Positions 45,562 through 55,187 of a stretch of 64,000 nucleotides of DNA are shown piece after piece. The DNA comes from Bdellovibrionota bacterium (GTDB lineage: Bacteria; Bdellovibrionota_C; UBA2361; OMII01). A model generated the notes under the pieces. It saw nothing but the letters and a program-made list of their open reading frames with translations, had not been told where the DNA came from and made no database searches. The stretch covers positions 2,180 through 66,179 of the forward strand of contig JBILEW010000011.1 in assembly GCA_044351885.1 (NCBI GenBank), given 5' to 3'. Position 1 is the first letter of the stretch; each line of letters begins with the position of its first letter. A program made the translations under genes and the position numbers.

Positions 45562-47017
45562 GGAAACATCCTCGTACCTTCCTGGAGAGCACCTCTATCG
45601 AGAAAGGCTTCTGAATGAAGTCTCGCCCTCCGTTTGCCAGTATCCGAGTTACCACCAGCTCCGAACTAAATCCACTGACGATGAGCACCCGCAGGTCCGG
45701 ACGTAGCCGTCTGAGTCGGTTAAAGACCTCTTCTCCCGAGAGTCCCGGCATCAAGAGATCCAGAATCACGAGGTCATAGCGCCCCTCCGCCTCCGCGAAC
45801 TTGTCAAGCGCGTCGAGTCCCGAGGCAGCTGTCTCGACCTTGTACCCCAGGTGGGTCAGGCTGAGCCCGAGAACGTTTCTTACCGCATACTCGTCATCGA
45901 CCACCAGAATCCGCTCGCCCCGTCCGGGCACCGGCCCCTCCTCCGATTCGACCTCGGGCGCATCCTTTGCCGTGCTCTCCTCGACGACAGGTAGAACGAT
46001 TCGAAACTCCGTTCCCACACCCTTCTCGGAGTTAACCTCGATGGCACCTCCCAAACTCTTCACGATCGAGAAAACCGTCGTGAGTCCGAGTCCTGTTCCC
46101 CCCTGTTTTTTGGTGGTGAAGTATGGCTCGAACAAACGGGTCTTCACCTCATCGTCCATCCCCTCTCCCGAGTCACGCACCACGAGCGCTCCGTACGCGG
46201 GAGCCGCCGGCTCCGTCCCAAAGAGGCGCGACACCTCCTCAGATGAGCAGGCGCGTTCGATCTCGACCTCTATCCTTCCACCCTTCTTGATCGCATCTCG
46301 CGCGTTGACGATCAGGTTGATGATGACCTGCAAGATGTAGGCCTCCGATGCCAGCACCGAAACCGATCGAGCTGGCGGAGAGAACTGCAACGAGACCTCC
46401 GATGGTATCGTGCCCTTCACCAGCAAGCAGACCCTCGACACCATCTCACCCAAATCTACCCGCGCGGATGGCTCGCTCTGCTCGAGACGAGAGAATTTCA
46501 GGATCTGCTGTGTGATCCCCGAGCCCCGTAAAGCTCCCTCCTCGATCGCAGAGAGCGACTCTACGTGAGGGCCTTCGGCCGGAAGCACGTTCTGAAGATA
46601 CGCCAGATGCCCCAAAATGCCGGTGAGGATGTTGTTGAAGTCATGTGCGACCCCTCCAGCCAACAAACCGAGCGTCTCCATGCGCTGCGCATGAAAAACC
46701 TTGGTAGTTTGATCCTGAGAGAAGCTTGCAAGAACTCGTACCAGGAGAGCGTCTCCGGCAAACAAGGCAACCTTCACCACGAGGGGATCGCCATGTGCAC
46801 TTCGTAGCTCTGCCGGACATTCACGAGTTTCCCATCGCTGCCGCTCGACCTCCGGCCAAAAGCGCACTGCCGGCGCGCCCCTAAGCTGCTCCACCTGAAA
46901 GCCAACAAGGCGTGCGAACGCGGCGTTGAGCGCAATACAGGTGCAATCCCTGGACAAGACGCAGAGCGGTTCGGGCAAGCTTTCCAGAATTGAGGTCGCC
47001 AGATCGGCTGGATTCAT
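45554..47017 (-). CDS. hybrid sensor histidine kinase (PAS + HisKA + HATPase + C-terminal receiver), 487 aa
   Basis: H-box: AGGVAHDFNNILTGILGHLAYL. ATPase: DSGEGMDDEV...GGTGLGLTTV. REC: RILVVDDEYAVRNVL...DLVILDLLMPGLSG. Confidence 0.9.
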   Translation of the reverse strand: MNPADLATSILESLPEPLCVLSRDCTCIALNAAFARLVGFQVEQLRGAPAVRFWPEVERQRWETRECPAELRSAHGDPLVVKVALFAGDALLVRVLASFSQDQTTKVFHAQRMETLGLLAGGVAHDFNNILTGILGHLAYLQNVLPAEGPHVESLSAIEEGALRGSGITQQILKFSRLEQSEPSARVDLGEMVSRVCLLVKGTIPSEVSLQFSPPARSVSVLASEAYILQVIINLIVNARDAIKKGGRIEVEIERACSSEEVSRLFGTEPAAPAYGALVVRDSGEGMDDEVKTRLFEPYFTTKKQGGTGLGLTTVFSIVKSLGGAIEVNSEKGVGTEFRIVLPVVEESTAKDAPEVESEEGPVPGRGERILVVDDEYAVRNVLGLSLTHLGYKVETAASGLDALDKFAEAEGRYDLVILDLLMPGLSGEEVFNRLRRLRPDLRVLIVSGFSSELVVTRILANGGRDFIQKPFSIEVLSRKVRGCFRD

Positions 47018-47387
47018 GAGTACCTATCAAGAAGAACTACGTCTTTATAGGCGCGCTGTCCCCCCACACTTCGAGAGCCAAGTTCTCACTGCGCAACGCC
47101 TTTTTGGAGGCCTCGAGGCCCCTTACGGGGAACTATACCTGCTAGATCAGTGACTTATCAATGTACTGTCTTTAGCCTGCTAAAACGGTCGGTTCCTGGA
47201 GTTTCGGCATGTCTCCTATCCTGACGATACCGCATGGGACCCCCGAAAAATGTGGATCCCTTCACTCTCCGTCTGAATCTCAACTCCTAGGAACGAGATG
47301 ATGTCAGCTCGTATCCAGTATTGTAACGTAAAGTAGATGTGGTAGGTTTTATTTACCGTGAGTGTTTTTAACGGGGAGTCCGTAGTT

Positions 47388-47702
47388 ATGTCAGAGTCTG
47401 ATTCCAGTACACTGAAGGGAGTCGTAAAGTGGTTCAATGATGCCAAAGGATTTGGGTTCATCGAACACTCCAGTGGACGAGATGTTTTCGTTCATTACTC
47501 GGTTATCGCCGCCGATGGGTTCAAGACCCTCAAGGATGGTGAGACAGTCGAGTACGAACTCAAGGAAGGACCAAAGGGTCTTCAAGCTGCGAAGGTAACT
47601 CGCACCAAGAAGGACGACGAAGGCTCGGACGCTATGGCGTCAGATGATTCGTCTTCTTCCGACGACGTTTCCTCAGCAGAGGGCGCCGAGATCAGCGAGT
47701 AA
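47388..47702 (+). CDS. cold-shock domain protein (CspA family) with ~37-aa acidic/Ser-rich C-terminal extension
   Basis: [30 protein letters not shown] (RNP1/RNP2). An SD (ggggag) lies 9 nt before the ATG at 47388. The tail is [31 protein letters not shown]. The long upstream untranslated region is typical of csp genes. Confidence 0.9.
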   Translation: MSESDSSTLKGVVKWFNDAKGFGFIEHSSGRDVFVHYSVIAADGFKTLKDGETVEYELKEGPKGLQAAKVTRTKKDDEGSDAMASDDSSSSDDVSSAEGAEISE

Positions 47703-47722
47703 CGGTTCGCGTTTCGCTTCCT

Positions 47723-47759
47723 CGAACCTCAGTGAGCAAGGATGTCTCACTGGGGTTCG
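47723..47759 (+). terminator. stem-loop downstream of the cold-shock gene (no clear U-tract)
   Basis: cgaacctcagtgag (47723-47736) pairs with ctcactggggttcg (47746-47759): 14 bp with one G-U/mismatch. It starts 21 nt after the stop codon. Confidence 0.4.
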
Positions 47760-47917
47760 AGCAGATTCCTTCTCCTTACCGTAGCGCGCAGTCTGCGCTA
47801 TCCTTTCGATTCTCTCCGTCAAACTCACGTCAGTCTCCTCGTCGCCGGCCTGCTCTCGCCGTTCTGTCTGTTACCGCATAACGCTTACTAGTGCAGCTCG
47901 GCATTCGGCACGCTCGC

Positions 47918-48967
47918 TCAGAACAATGCATCGAACTGCCGCCCAACGGAATCCCTGATCCACTCGCCGAACTGCTCTACTGACGAAATATCTTCCATAG
48001 CTATGCAGCATCGGGCCAACTCTTCGAAGGCCACCTCGGTCAACTCGAGAGCAGTCGCAGAGTGCGGACGGATACAGCCTCCTTCCACGAACGATACTCC
48101 CGGGTTGGTCAGAGGAAACCGCGCAAGATCCCAACCGGCTGGGAGCTGGCTTACCACCTCGAAGTACCGCGACATGCGTGCCTGCAACAAGCTACGCGGC
48201 GTAAAGACACCTGCGCTCCCTAAGCCGTGATCGAGCGCTGCTCGCACCTTCGTCGCATCACGAAGGTATGCGAGGTAGTCCTTCACGAAGCTGAGTACGC
48301 TTATCGAGAAGAGGCTGTCAGCGTCGAAGTGGTGTCGAGCCTGGAGCGACATCTCCTGATAGCGCCCTACGAAAGGATAATCGTGGGTCTCGACTACCTG
48401 TAAGAAAACTTCCGGAGCGTCGATCGGATTGGCAGCTTCTAGAGCAGAGATATCGACCATCTTCTCGAGCTCCGTGTCTACGATTCCAAACAGCACCCCC
48501 CCCGCATAGCGTCGAGAGAGTCGAGCATGGGCGATACGAGTATCTCCACCTTCCCAATGAGCACCCTCACGCATGAGGTACTCCGCTCCCGCCAACTCTG
48601 GGAATCTTCCCAGAAGGGCGTACCCACGATCGTGAATCAGCGCTGCGGTCGTGAGCCACTGCGGTAGCAGATCGCTACGCCCAGCAGCCGTGCGCGCTTT
48701 ATTTTCGCGTTCGAGTATCAAGGCCATGCAGCGTGTCACGTAGATGTCGTGAGGGTCCCTCCACCAGTCCCTCTCGTTGTAAGGGATCTCGCGCTGGCGC
48801 TCGAATACAGCTCGGTCGAAATCCGAGAGACTTTCGCAAAAGTCCCGACGTACGCGCTGCTCCTGAAGAGCCGCAACCGCAGCGATGACCGACAATACCT
48901 CCTCTGCCATCGCGGGACTGACTGCACACGAGACGGCTAGCGAATGAGGCGAAGGATCTCCAGACAC
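47918..48967 (-). CDS. hypothetical protein with HD-domain-like metal-binding residues (349 aa)
   Basis: The ordered pattern DPHDIY ... TAALIHDRGY ... IAHARLS ... VETHDYP ... FDADSL resembles the H..HD..H..H..D layout of HD phosphohydrolases. Eye match only. Confidence 0.45.
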   Translation of the reverse strand: MSGDPSPHSLAVSCAVSPAMAEEVLSVIAAVAALQEQRVRRDFCESLSDFDRAVFERQREIPYNERDWWRDPHDIYVTRCMALILERENKARTAAGRSDLLPQWLTTAALIHDRGYALLGRFPELAGAEYLMREGAHWEGGDTRIAHARLSRRYAGGVLFGIVDTELEKMVDISALEAANPIDAPEVFLQVVETHDYPFVGRYQEMSLQARHHFDADSLFSISVLSFVKDYLAYLRDATKVRAALDHGLGSAGVFTPRSLLQARMSRYFEVVSQLPAGWDLARFPLTNPGVSFVEGGCIRPHSATALELTEVAFEELARCCIAMEDISSVEQFGEWIRDSVGRQFDALF

Positions 48968-49093
48968 GCCCTACGTTCTCCCTACGGAATCGTTAAACGA
49001 CAGTGTACCACACATACGCCCACCTTGGGCCCATAACAAGGGAGTACCCGAGACGATACGAAGGGGTAGTTTCAACTTTCTGGTGTTCGAGCT

Positions 49094-50194
49094 GTGTCGT
49101 ACCGACGAGCGACAAAATTTCATCGATCTTATTCCGAAGACATTAGCACGTCGGACTCCTACGAGAACTTCCTAGATACCCTGTACGGACTTCCTCTGGG
49201 TAGCTCCGATGCCGCAACTTTTCGAGCGCGTCCCTTTGTAGTACGCCGCAACAGAGACGGAACGCTGGAGGTCTGCAGCACCGATGTCCAAGCACTGAGC
49301 TTCGAAAGCATGTGCAGCCTCCGCAACGACCCCGCCAATCGAGAGCTACGACACGACGACATTATGCGGGCGCTGCGTTCCCCATCAGGGTTCGCCGTGA
49401 GCAATGTCGGTGTCTCAGTGGCCTTGGAGATCACGATCCACAATCGTCGATTTGCAGTGCTTGTCGAGAGCACACCCGGCTCCGCGTACAAGCTCATCTC
49501 TGGGTACTGCGATATCGGAGGGGCGGCGAGCTACAACCCCCACCCCGCCGCAGAGTTCCTAGTCACCGCATGTCGGGAGCTCCTGGAAGAGCTGCTTGTA
49601 TGCCGACCCTCGAGGTCGCAGATCAGCGTAATCCCCCTACAGGTCCGTTCGACACATCCGCTCGATGAAATGCTCCCCTTGCCAGCCGGGATACCACCTC
49701 ACTACGTGCAGAATATCTCGATTGATTCGACGCACCCACCGATTCAAGTCACACGCGGCGCACGCCCGGCGTATCTTGCGGGCACCTTCGAACCCTCCAA
49801 GATTATCGTAGATGGCCAGTCATTGGAGGCCGCGTTCTACCTGGACCGTCGTTACCGTTCCAGCCAAGTAGTGTTCTCGTTCACGCTCGACCTATCCGGG
49901 TCTGAATACACCCTCTTACACGCCGAGGATTCATATTGCGCCGAAAATCGGCGACTCGAGACCGTCCTCCATCCGCATGGGTTGATATTGGCGGAATTGG
50001 CACCCAACGGCAGACTCCTCGGCGATTTTTTCCGGATGCACGAAGGCAAGCTTGTACAGAGAACGTGCCCCACGAAGATACAACTCTCCGAGATCTTCAC
50101 GACCTGCTCAGGCACCCCGGGGATCATCGAGCATGGTGCGGTCTCGATCTCCGAATATTTACTAAATCAGGGCAGGCTCGGCGGGTCACGCTGA
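49094..50194 (+). CDS. hypothetical protein (366 aa), possible degenerate Nudix box
   Basis: GGAASYNPHPAAEFLVTACRELLEELLV has the REx2EE core of a Nudix box, but the spacing before it is non-canonical. GTG start. Confidence 0.4.
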   Translation: MSYRRATKFHRSYSEDISTSDSYENFLDTLYGLPLGSSDAATFRARPFVVRRNRDGTLEVCSTDVQALSFESMCSLRNDPANRELRHDDIMRALRSPSGFAVSNVGVSVALEITIHNRRFAVLVESTPGSAYKLISGYCDIGGAASYNPHPAAEFLVTACRELLEELLVCRPSRSQISVIPLQVRSTHPLDEMLPLPAGIPPHYVQNISIDSTHPPIQVTRGARPAYLAGTFEPSKIIVDGQSLEAAFYLDRRYRSSQVVFSFTLDLSGSEYTLLHAEDSYCAENRRLETVLHPHGLILAELAPNGRLLGDFFRMHEGKLVQRTCPTKIQLSEIFTTCSGTPGIIEHGAVSISEYLLNQGRLGGSR

Positions 50195-50280
50195 TTAAGT
50201 CGTTAATGTTCACCTTATGAGAGCATGACTAATCACCGGCACCGTGGAGATGCCAAGTAACCGCGAATTGCTGCCGTTCG

Positions 50281-50628
50281 TCAAACGAGGTGCAAGGCGC
50301 TCGTTCGTCGGCGTAGTTCACGAGCCAACAAAACAGCCGCTTTTCCGTACGAGAGAAAGAGATCCGGGCTACTCAGGAGTACCGCGTTCATCTTGGATTG
50401 CAACTGGCCGATCAATGATTCGATCGCAACTGGGGACACCGATCTATTATTTGCTACGAACTTTGAGAGGAATACTTCACTCACCACCGTGCCACTGTCG
50501 ATATCGATTCGGATAGCGTCTACGATATCGTGCTCCGATAGCTGCTCGCCTCGAACACTACGCTCTTGAAGCGCTGCCAAAGCCGAGGGGATCTGAGGGG
50601 GAGTAACCAGGATGTGAGAAACAGCCAT
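50281..50628 (-). CDS. hypothetical protein (115 aa)
   Basis: ORF with a plausible SD (gagg, 5-nt spacer). No motif recognised. Confidence 0.4.
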   Translation of the reverse strand: MAVSHILVTPPQIPSALAALQERSVRGEQLSEHDIVDAIRIDIDSGTVVSEVFLSKFVANNRSVSPVAIESLIGQLQSKMNAVLLSSPDLFLSYGKAAVLLARELRRRTSALHLV

Positions 50629-50956
50629 ACGAACCTCTATCTACGAACGACAACCATCAATCAAAGTCCTCATCGAACTTTCCATGGTTATGCATCGATT
50701 CAACGTCGATGCAACATGATTGGGGGGTCTAAGACCCCAATATTTCATCCCTCTCCGCTCTCGCCGATCTCTTTAATTCCAGACTACTTGCACCTACTCC
50801 ACCCCCGGCGACCCGGTGTTTTTACGAAAGCCCCAAAGCAACCGATTAGAACCGATTCAACCAGGAGTATACCGAGGTCAGTCAGCCTTCCAGACTCTTC
50901 ATCTGAACTCCTTGAGCCCATTCTTGAGAGGGGTATAGTACGCCTCCACGAGCACT

Positions 50957-53431
50957 TTGCCACCGAAGGGGAATACACACGACATGACACCCGATCAGAA
51001 CCCTCACGATGATAGTTGTCGGGATTCGGAACGAGCGCTGCGCACTCCACCCAAAAATCACCAGTTCAACGACGTTCGGACCAAATGGGAGAGAGACCTG
51101 GCCAAGGCCTACCTTCCACCGAAGCCTCGAACCAGCGACGCCGAATCCGCGCCCGTCTCGAGCGAGCCCTCCTCGCCCCTGCCTCTCAAGTTCTCAGACC
51201 TCCCAGCTCGCAAGCGTAATCGAATCCTGGAATTACTCGACACACGCGCAGAGATCGAGGATCTCGCAACTACCCAGTCGCAGCGCACCCAGTACTACGA
51301 GTGGCTACTAGCAGAGGCCCAGCGAAGACCTCATCAAACGATCTCGGGCCGTGTCGATGATCCCCGTAGCCTTCCGCTCGTAGTGCCGGTTACTGTGGCC
51401 AGGAGAACCGCTCTCTACGAATTCAACGTTCCATCAGGGGTCGGATTACAACGCGGAGCCTCTGTCCGAGTCGCGATCGATGGGAACGTGTACCCGGCGA
51501 TGGTTCATTCGACCACTGACGAGCGTGCAACCCTCGCTCTTGCCGACGTCAATCGTCGTTCGATCACCGATGCCGCGCTCATGCACGATAACTCCATACA
51601 GCTCGGCGAGGGTGCGCGCATAACTAATCGATATCGGTATGTGTTCGCGATGCGAGACCCCGTCACGTTAGCACCGGACACAGTTGTCGAGTTTCGAGAG
51701 AAGGGCGCGGGAGTGCGCGGCCAGGTGGTAGGACTCTGGGGCAAGGCAGTCATTGTAGAAACGCACGACAAGCTCCCACTTCGCACCGAATCCGGCATAT
51801 TGCTCGAGGTTCGGTGTTGGGAAGACTACTACACTCGGATCCGAGAACTCCGCCATACGCGATTCGGACTCAAGTTCTCTCACACAACGATCGCCGAGCT
51901 GTGGGAGAGCTTCCCCGATTCTAAGGCAGGCAAGTTCATGCGCGCGGTCAGCCGACCGATGGACTACTCCTTTCCGCACCTCGATCCACAAGGGAAGCTG
52001 CCCGCTTTCTTTACCCGTACCTTTTTTGATCGCTGCTCGCTCCTGCCCTACCTCGTGAGCCCAGATCATCTCCCTAGTAAATTGCTGAGCGACCTCAAGC
52101 TCGTCGTGTGGCCACCAGAACGGTTGAGTGCACAACGAGTCCTCGAGATCAAAGCCGATCCTCAGGTGATCGATGGGTTCAAGATGATATTCGAGGCGGC
52201 GCGGTGGCTGCGCCCAGGAGAACGACGCATACTCGTTGTCGAACCTCCTCTTGAAGGCACACGCAGAAACTATCCTCGGGCCGCAGACATCGATCCCGCG
52301 ATTATGGGCTCTATCCTGTACCTGCGCGAAAAGGTACCCGGTGGTTTGCCAGAGGGGAAAAGAACCGAGTTCGAGCCTGAGCCGATCTCCATTCAGTTCT
52401 TTCCTACCGTCTACGAAGCCTATCGGCGTAATCCGCATGCCAACGAACAGTACGAGAAAGAGCTGTCGCAACAGATGGAGTTTCGCACCGAGGTTCAGGA
52501 CCTCAATCAGCGTATCACCCTCTACTGGAAAAGCGATCCAGAGACCAAGGACATGCTGACCGAGGAGCTCAGCAGCTTTGCGGAGCGTTGGGCCAACACA
52601 TTCGCGAGCGCAGAGCACCGCCTCAAACAAGAGCTGTGCGAACTCCTGCAGGACATAACTGAGCGTATACCGAACATCAAGCAGAGGATCGGGGCGATAC
52701 AGACCAAACTAGTTGCCTCGGGCAATCGCGCGACCCATCGTAGCGAGGAGCTCCCCGATATCGTCGGAACCATGGCAACCGACGAGGAGCTCTTGAAAGG
52801 GGTTATCAAACACGGCGAGAACCAGATAGCTTTGATTCGGAAACGAGTAGTAGATGCAGCTCCGATCTTCGAGCAATCTGAAGCGCTACTCTTCACTCCA
52901 GGACGATCCGAGTCCGCCCAGAAGGCAGTCGTGGAGAGCTTTCTAGCAAAAGCGCGCCTTAACCTCTCTGCTCTGAGCGGGATCCGTTGTCGCCCTTTTA
53001 CTGTGTTCGCCGACAAGCTCCGTGAGACCTTCGCTGACTTCCATCGCGCCCTCCTCGACGGCGACAAGGAATCTGCCAAGGATCATCTGATAAAGCTTCT
53101 CGTCATTACAAAAATGGCGCACACGAACTCGGTGTTCGAGGACCTCAAGTTTCGTGTCTCATTCGACGCAACCGTAACCTTCGCTCAATTGGTCGAAACC
53201 ACCACGAGCCTCGAGAGACTGCTCGCAGAGCGCACAGTCCTACCTATGCGCATGGTCGAATCGTTACGCATGGCATACGAGCAAACTGAGCGCGAGGTAT
53301 CTACGCTGACGAATGACCTAAGGCAGCACCTTGCAAGCGGTCTAGACTTGGAAGCCAGAAGGTTGAGGTACAGGAACACCGGAAGATTCTTGGACGAGAT
53401 CGATCTCGAGTCACGTATTCGCGAGCTTTAA
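50957..53431 (+). CDS. large hypothetical protein (824 aa; TTG at 50957, alternative ATG at 50984)
   Basis: Long uninterrupted ORF followed by a strong intrinsic terminator. The N-terminal ~100 aa are disordered and Pro/Ser-rich, and the C-terminal third is helical/coiled-coil-like. No known motif. Confidence 0.7.
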   Translation: MPPKGNTHDMTPDQNPHDDSCRDSERALRTPPKNHQFNDVRTKWERDLAKAYLPPKPRTSDAESAPVSSEPSSPLPLKFSDLPARKRNRILELLDTRAEIEDLATTQSQRTQYYEWLLAEAQRRPHQTISGRVDDPRSLPLVVPVTVARRTALYEFNVPSGVGLQRGASVRVAIDGNVYPAMVHSTTDERATLALADVNRRSITDAALMHDNSIQLGEGARITNRYRYVFAMRDPVTLAPDTVVEFREKGAGVRGQVVGLWGKAVIVETHDKLPLRTESGILLEVRCWEDYYTRIRELRHTRFGLKFSHTTIAELWESFPDSKAGKFMRAVSRPMDYSFPHLDPQGKLPAFFTRTFFDRCSLLPYLVSPDHLPSKLLSDLKLVVWPPERLSAQRVLEIKADPQVIDGFKMIFEAARWLRPGERRILVVEPPLEGTRRNYPRAADIDPAIMGSILYLREKVPGGLPEGKRTEFEPEPISIQFFPTVYEAYRRNPHANEQYEKELSQQMEFRTEVQDLNQRITLYWKSDPETKDMLTEELSSFAERWANTFASAEHRLKQELCELLQDITERIPNIKQRIGAIQTKLVASGNRATHRSEELPDIVGTMATDEELLKGVIKHGENQIALIRKRVVDAAPIFEQSEALLFTPGRSESAQKAVVESFLAKARLNLSALSGIRCRPFTVFADKLRETFADFHRALLDGDKESAKDHLIKLLVITKMAHTNSVFEDLKFRVSFDATVTFAQLVETTTSLERLLAERTVLPMRMVESLRMAYEQTEREVSTLTNDLRQHLASGLDLEARRLRYRNTGRFLDEIDLESRIREL

Positions 53432-53440
53432 CAGTATGAG

Positions 53441-53487
53441 GATGCCGCAGGGGAGTTACGTGAGAACGTCGTCCTGCGGCATTTTTT
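53441..53487 (+). terminator. rho-independent terminator of the 824-aa gene
   Basis: atgccgcagg (53441-53450) pairs with cctgcggcat (53472-53481), followed by a T run (tttttt). It starts 10 nt after the stop codon. Confidence 0.65.
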
Positions 53488-53542
53488 CATGACTAGACAT
53501 CGAAGTGCCCTCGCATCAGGTGATACAAGAATCCTTCGAGTT

Positions 53543-54007
53543 CTATGCCATGATGAACCCGAGAACGAAACCTACGGTGCAGAAAGCTGCCCCGAGCATG
53601 AATGCGATTGCAGCTGCGTAACGATCCCTCGTCAAAAAGAGAGTAGCGTAACACAGAGCACCGCAATCAATCGCCATGCAGAGCGCCACCTGCACACAGC
53701 CCCATACGAAACTGACATCGCCCGACGCATTGAATCGTCCCCCGATGTCGTAAGGCCACAGAGCGAATCCCCCGATAAGGGAAACCACCATGTTGGTTAT
53801 CGCCTCAGGTATGACCCATCGAACGAGTAGGCCGATGACCACACCGACAGCTACCAGGAGCGCAAACCCCCGTGCGAGTCCCATACTGTGACGGGCTAGC
53901 ATTCGTACGACGACTGCCACAACCACCAACGCAATTACCACGACACACAGTGTTGCCCCTACTCCAGCGTGAAGATGGGACGGCAGGACCTGCGTAGTCT
54001 CCGACAT
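53543..54007 (-). CDS. small 4-TM membrane protein (154 aa), last gene of the triad operon
   Basis: Four hydrophobic segments. There is an excellent SD (ggaaggagg), with a 6-nt spacer (tttgt a) before the ATG. Confidence 0.7.
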   Translation of the reverse strand: MSETTQVLPSHLHAGVGATLCVVVIALVVVAVVVRMLARHSMGLARGFALLVAVGVVIGLLVRWVIPEAITNMVVSLIGGFALWPYDIGGRFNASGDVSFVWGCVQVALCMAIDCGALCYATLFLTRDRYAAAIAFMLGAAFCTVGFVLGFIMA

Positions 54008-54180
54008 ACAAACCTCCTTCCGAGCTCGAAAGCTCTTCTATGAAAACCAAACGACTCCCCTAAACGGCCGACAGCGCGTACGGATTGTCCACACTCTCGG
54101 TCGTCTACGAGAATCGATCGTGGCCACAACAAACGAGTGTGTGGCCACTTCCGACCCCTCTTGCGACTGTTACTGTGCGG

Positions 54181-55068
54181 TTAGACGGAGCCGAGATCCC
54201 TTGCATGCTGCCATTCAGCGGCGTTGATCTGTTGAGGTTTGAAGCTGGCTATCCTGGCATTCATGGCGGCTACCTGCTCCGGTGTAAGAGGAGTCCCAAG
54301 ATACGGACGTAGCTCAGTCGGCATGAGCTGACCTTCGTAAATCATGGTCTTCATGCGCTCGCGCAAGTTCGATGTCGATATATGTCCGTTCCGAAAGTCA
54401 GCGGCGAGATAGCCACTGTCGAACACGCATTTTTCATCCATCACCGTTTCCCCAAGTTGCCCCATCAAGGCCGTTTTATCGCCGGACATTAGAACATTGC
54501 TCCACGTTCCTCCGCCAACCGCGAACGTCAGGTGACAGTTGGAGATGTTGACGTCGGTGAGATAGAGTGTGTCGCACTGCAGGGTGAGCGCCGCGTTCAG
54601 ATCTACCTTCTCCAGCGTCGTGCACGAAGCAAGCTTGAGCGAGAGCTTTGCATCCGATACGCTCGCATTCGAAATACTGCTTATCGTGTAGCCCTTCTCG
54701 ACGAGCGACTGGAGGAATTCGGTACTGAGCGGTTCCCGGGCACTGCCCGCTTTCGTGGACATGAAGTTCGTGAGAAGTTCAGCCTTGAAATCCCACGCGG
54801 AGCGATTCACAACTTCCGACGGTGGCACAAGGAGGCGAATACTGGTCGGTGCCGTTTTGTCGGGACGTACGCCGCCTTCGGAGGTCCATTCGACCTCAAC
54901 CGCGTTTATGTTCGCTGCATTTATCAACAGTTGCCCATCGGCAAACCTCTCTCCGCTTACGACCTTCCAGGACCTCGCCCTGTCGAAGAGGCACCCTGAA
55001 AGAGACTCCATCTCTTGTGCAACTTTTCCCGCGCTTTCTCGTGCAGCTCTTACCGCGCTCATCTCCAT
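54181..55068 (-). CDS. hypothetical protein (295 aa) with beta-helix/pentapeptide-like repeat region
   Basis: LSLKLASCTTLEKVDLNAALTLQCDTLYLTDVNISNCHLTFAVGGGTWSNVLMSGDKTALMGQLGETVMDEKCVF. This region is paralogous to a segment of the upstream 825-aa protein. An SD (ggaaagggag) is present. Confidence 0.7.
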   Translation of the reverse strand: MEMSAVRAARESAGKVAQEMESLSGCLFDRARSWKVVSGERFADGQLLINAANINAVEVEWTSEGGVRPDKTAPTSIRLLVPPSEVVNRSAWDFKAELLTNFMSTKAGSAREPLSTEFLQSLVEKGYTISSISNASVSDAKLSLKLASCTTLEKVDLNAALTLQCDTLYLTDVNISNCHLTFAVGGGTWSNVLMSGDKTALMGQLGETVMDEKCVFDSGYLAADFRNGHISTSNLRERMKTMIYEGQLMPTELRPYLGTPLTPEQVAAMNARIASFKPQQINAAEWQHARDLGSV

Positions 55069-55187
55069 AGCGTATCAGGCTCCCTTTCCTTTAGACCTAC
55101 AAACGTGACCTCTTCATCCACAGTCACGTTCAACACCATAGCAGCAGTCTCACCGCATCGACTCCTGCCGAGGATTCAGCTTTCCGT

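Noticed and set aside
50721-50745. Imperfect hairpin attggggggtctaagaccccaat in the 50.6-50.9 kb intergenic region.
   Set aside because: The stem is bulged, there is no adjacent gene end on either strand, and no U-tract is present. This is insufficient for a regulatory or RNA call.
54119-54147. 9-bp stem hairpin (gtggccaca / tgtggccac) between the 295-aa and 154-aa genes, considered as a terminator.
   Set aside because: No U-tract on the transcribed (minus) strand, and the downstream gene has a strong SD. It is more likely an intra-operon structure, so it is not annotated as a terminator.
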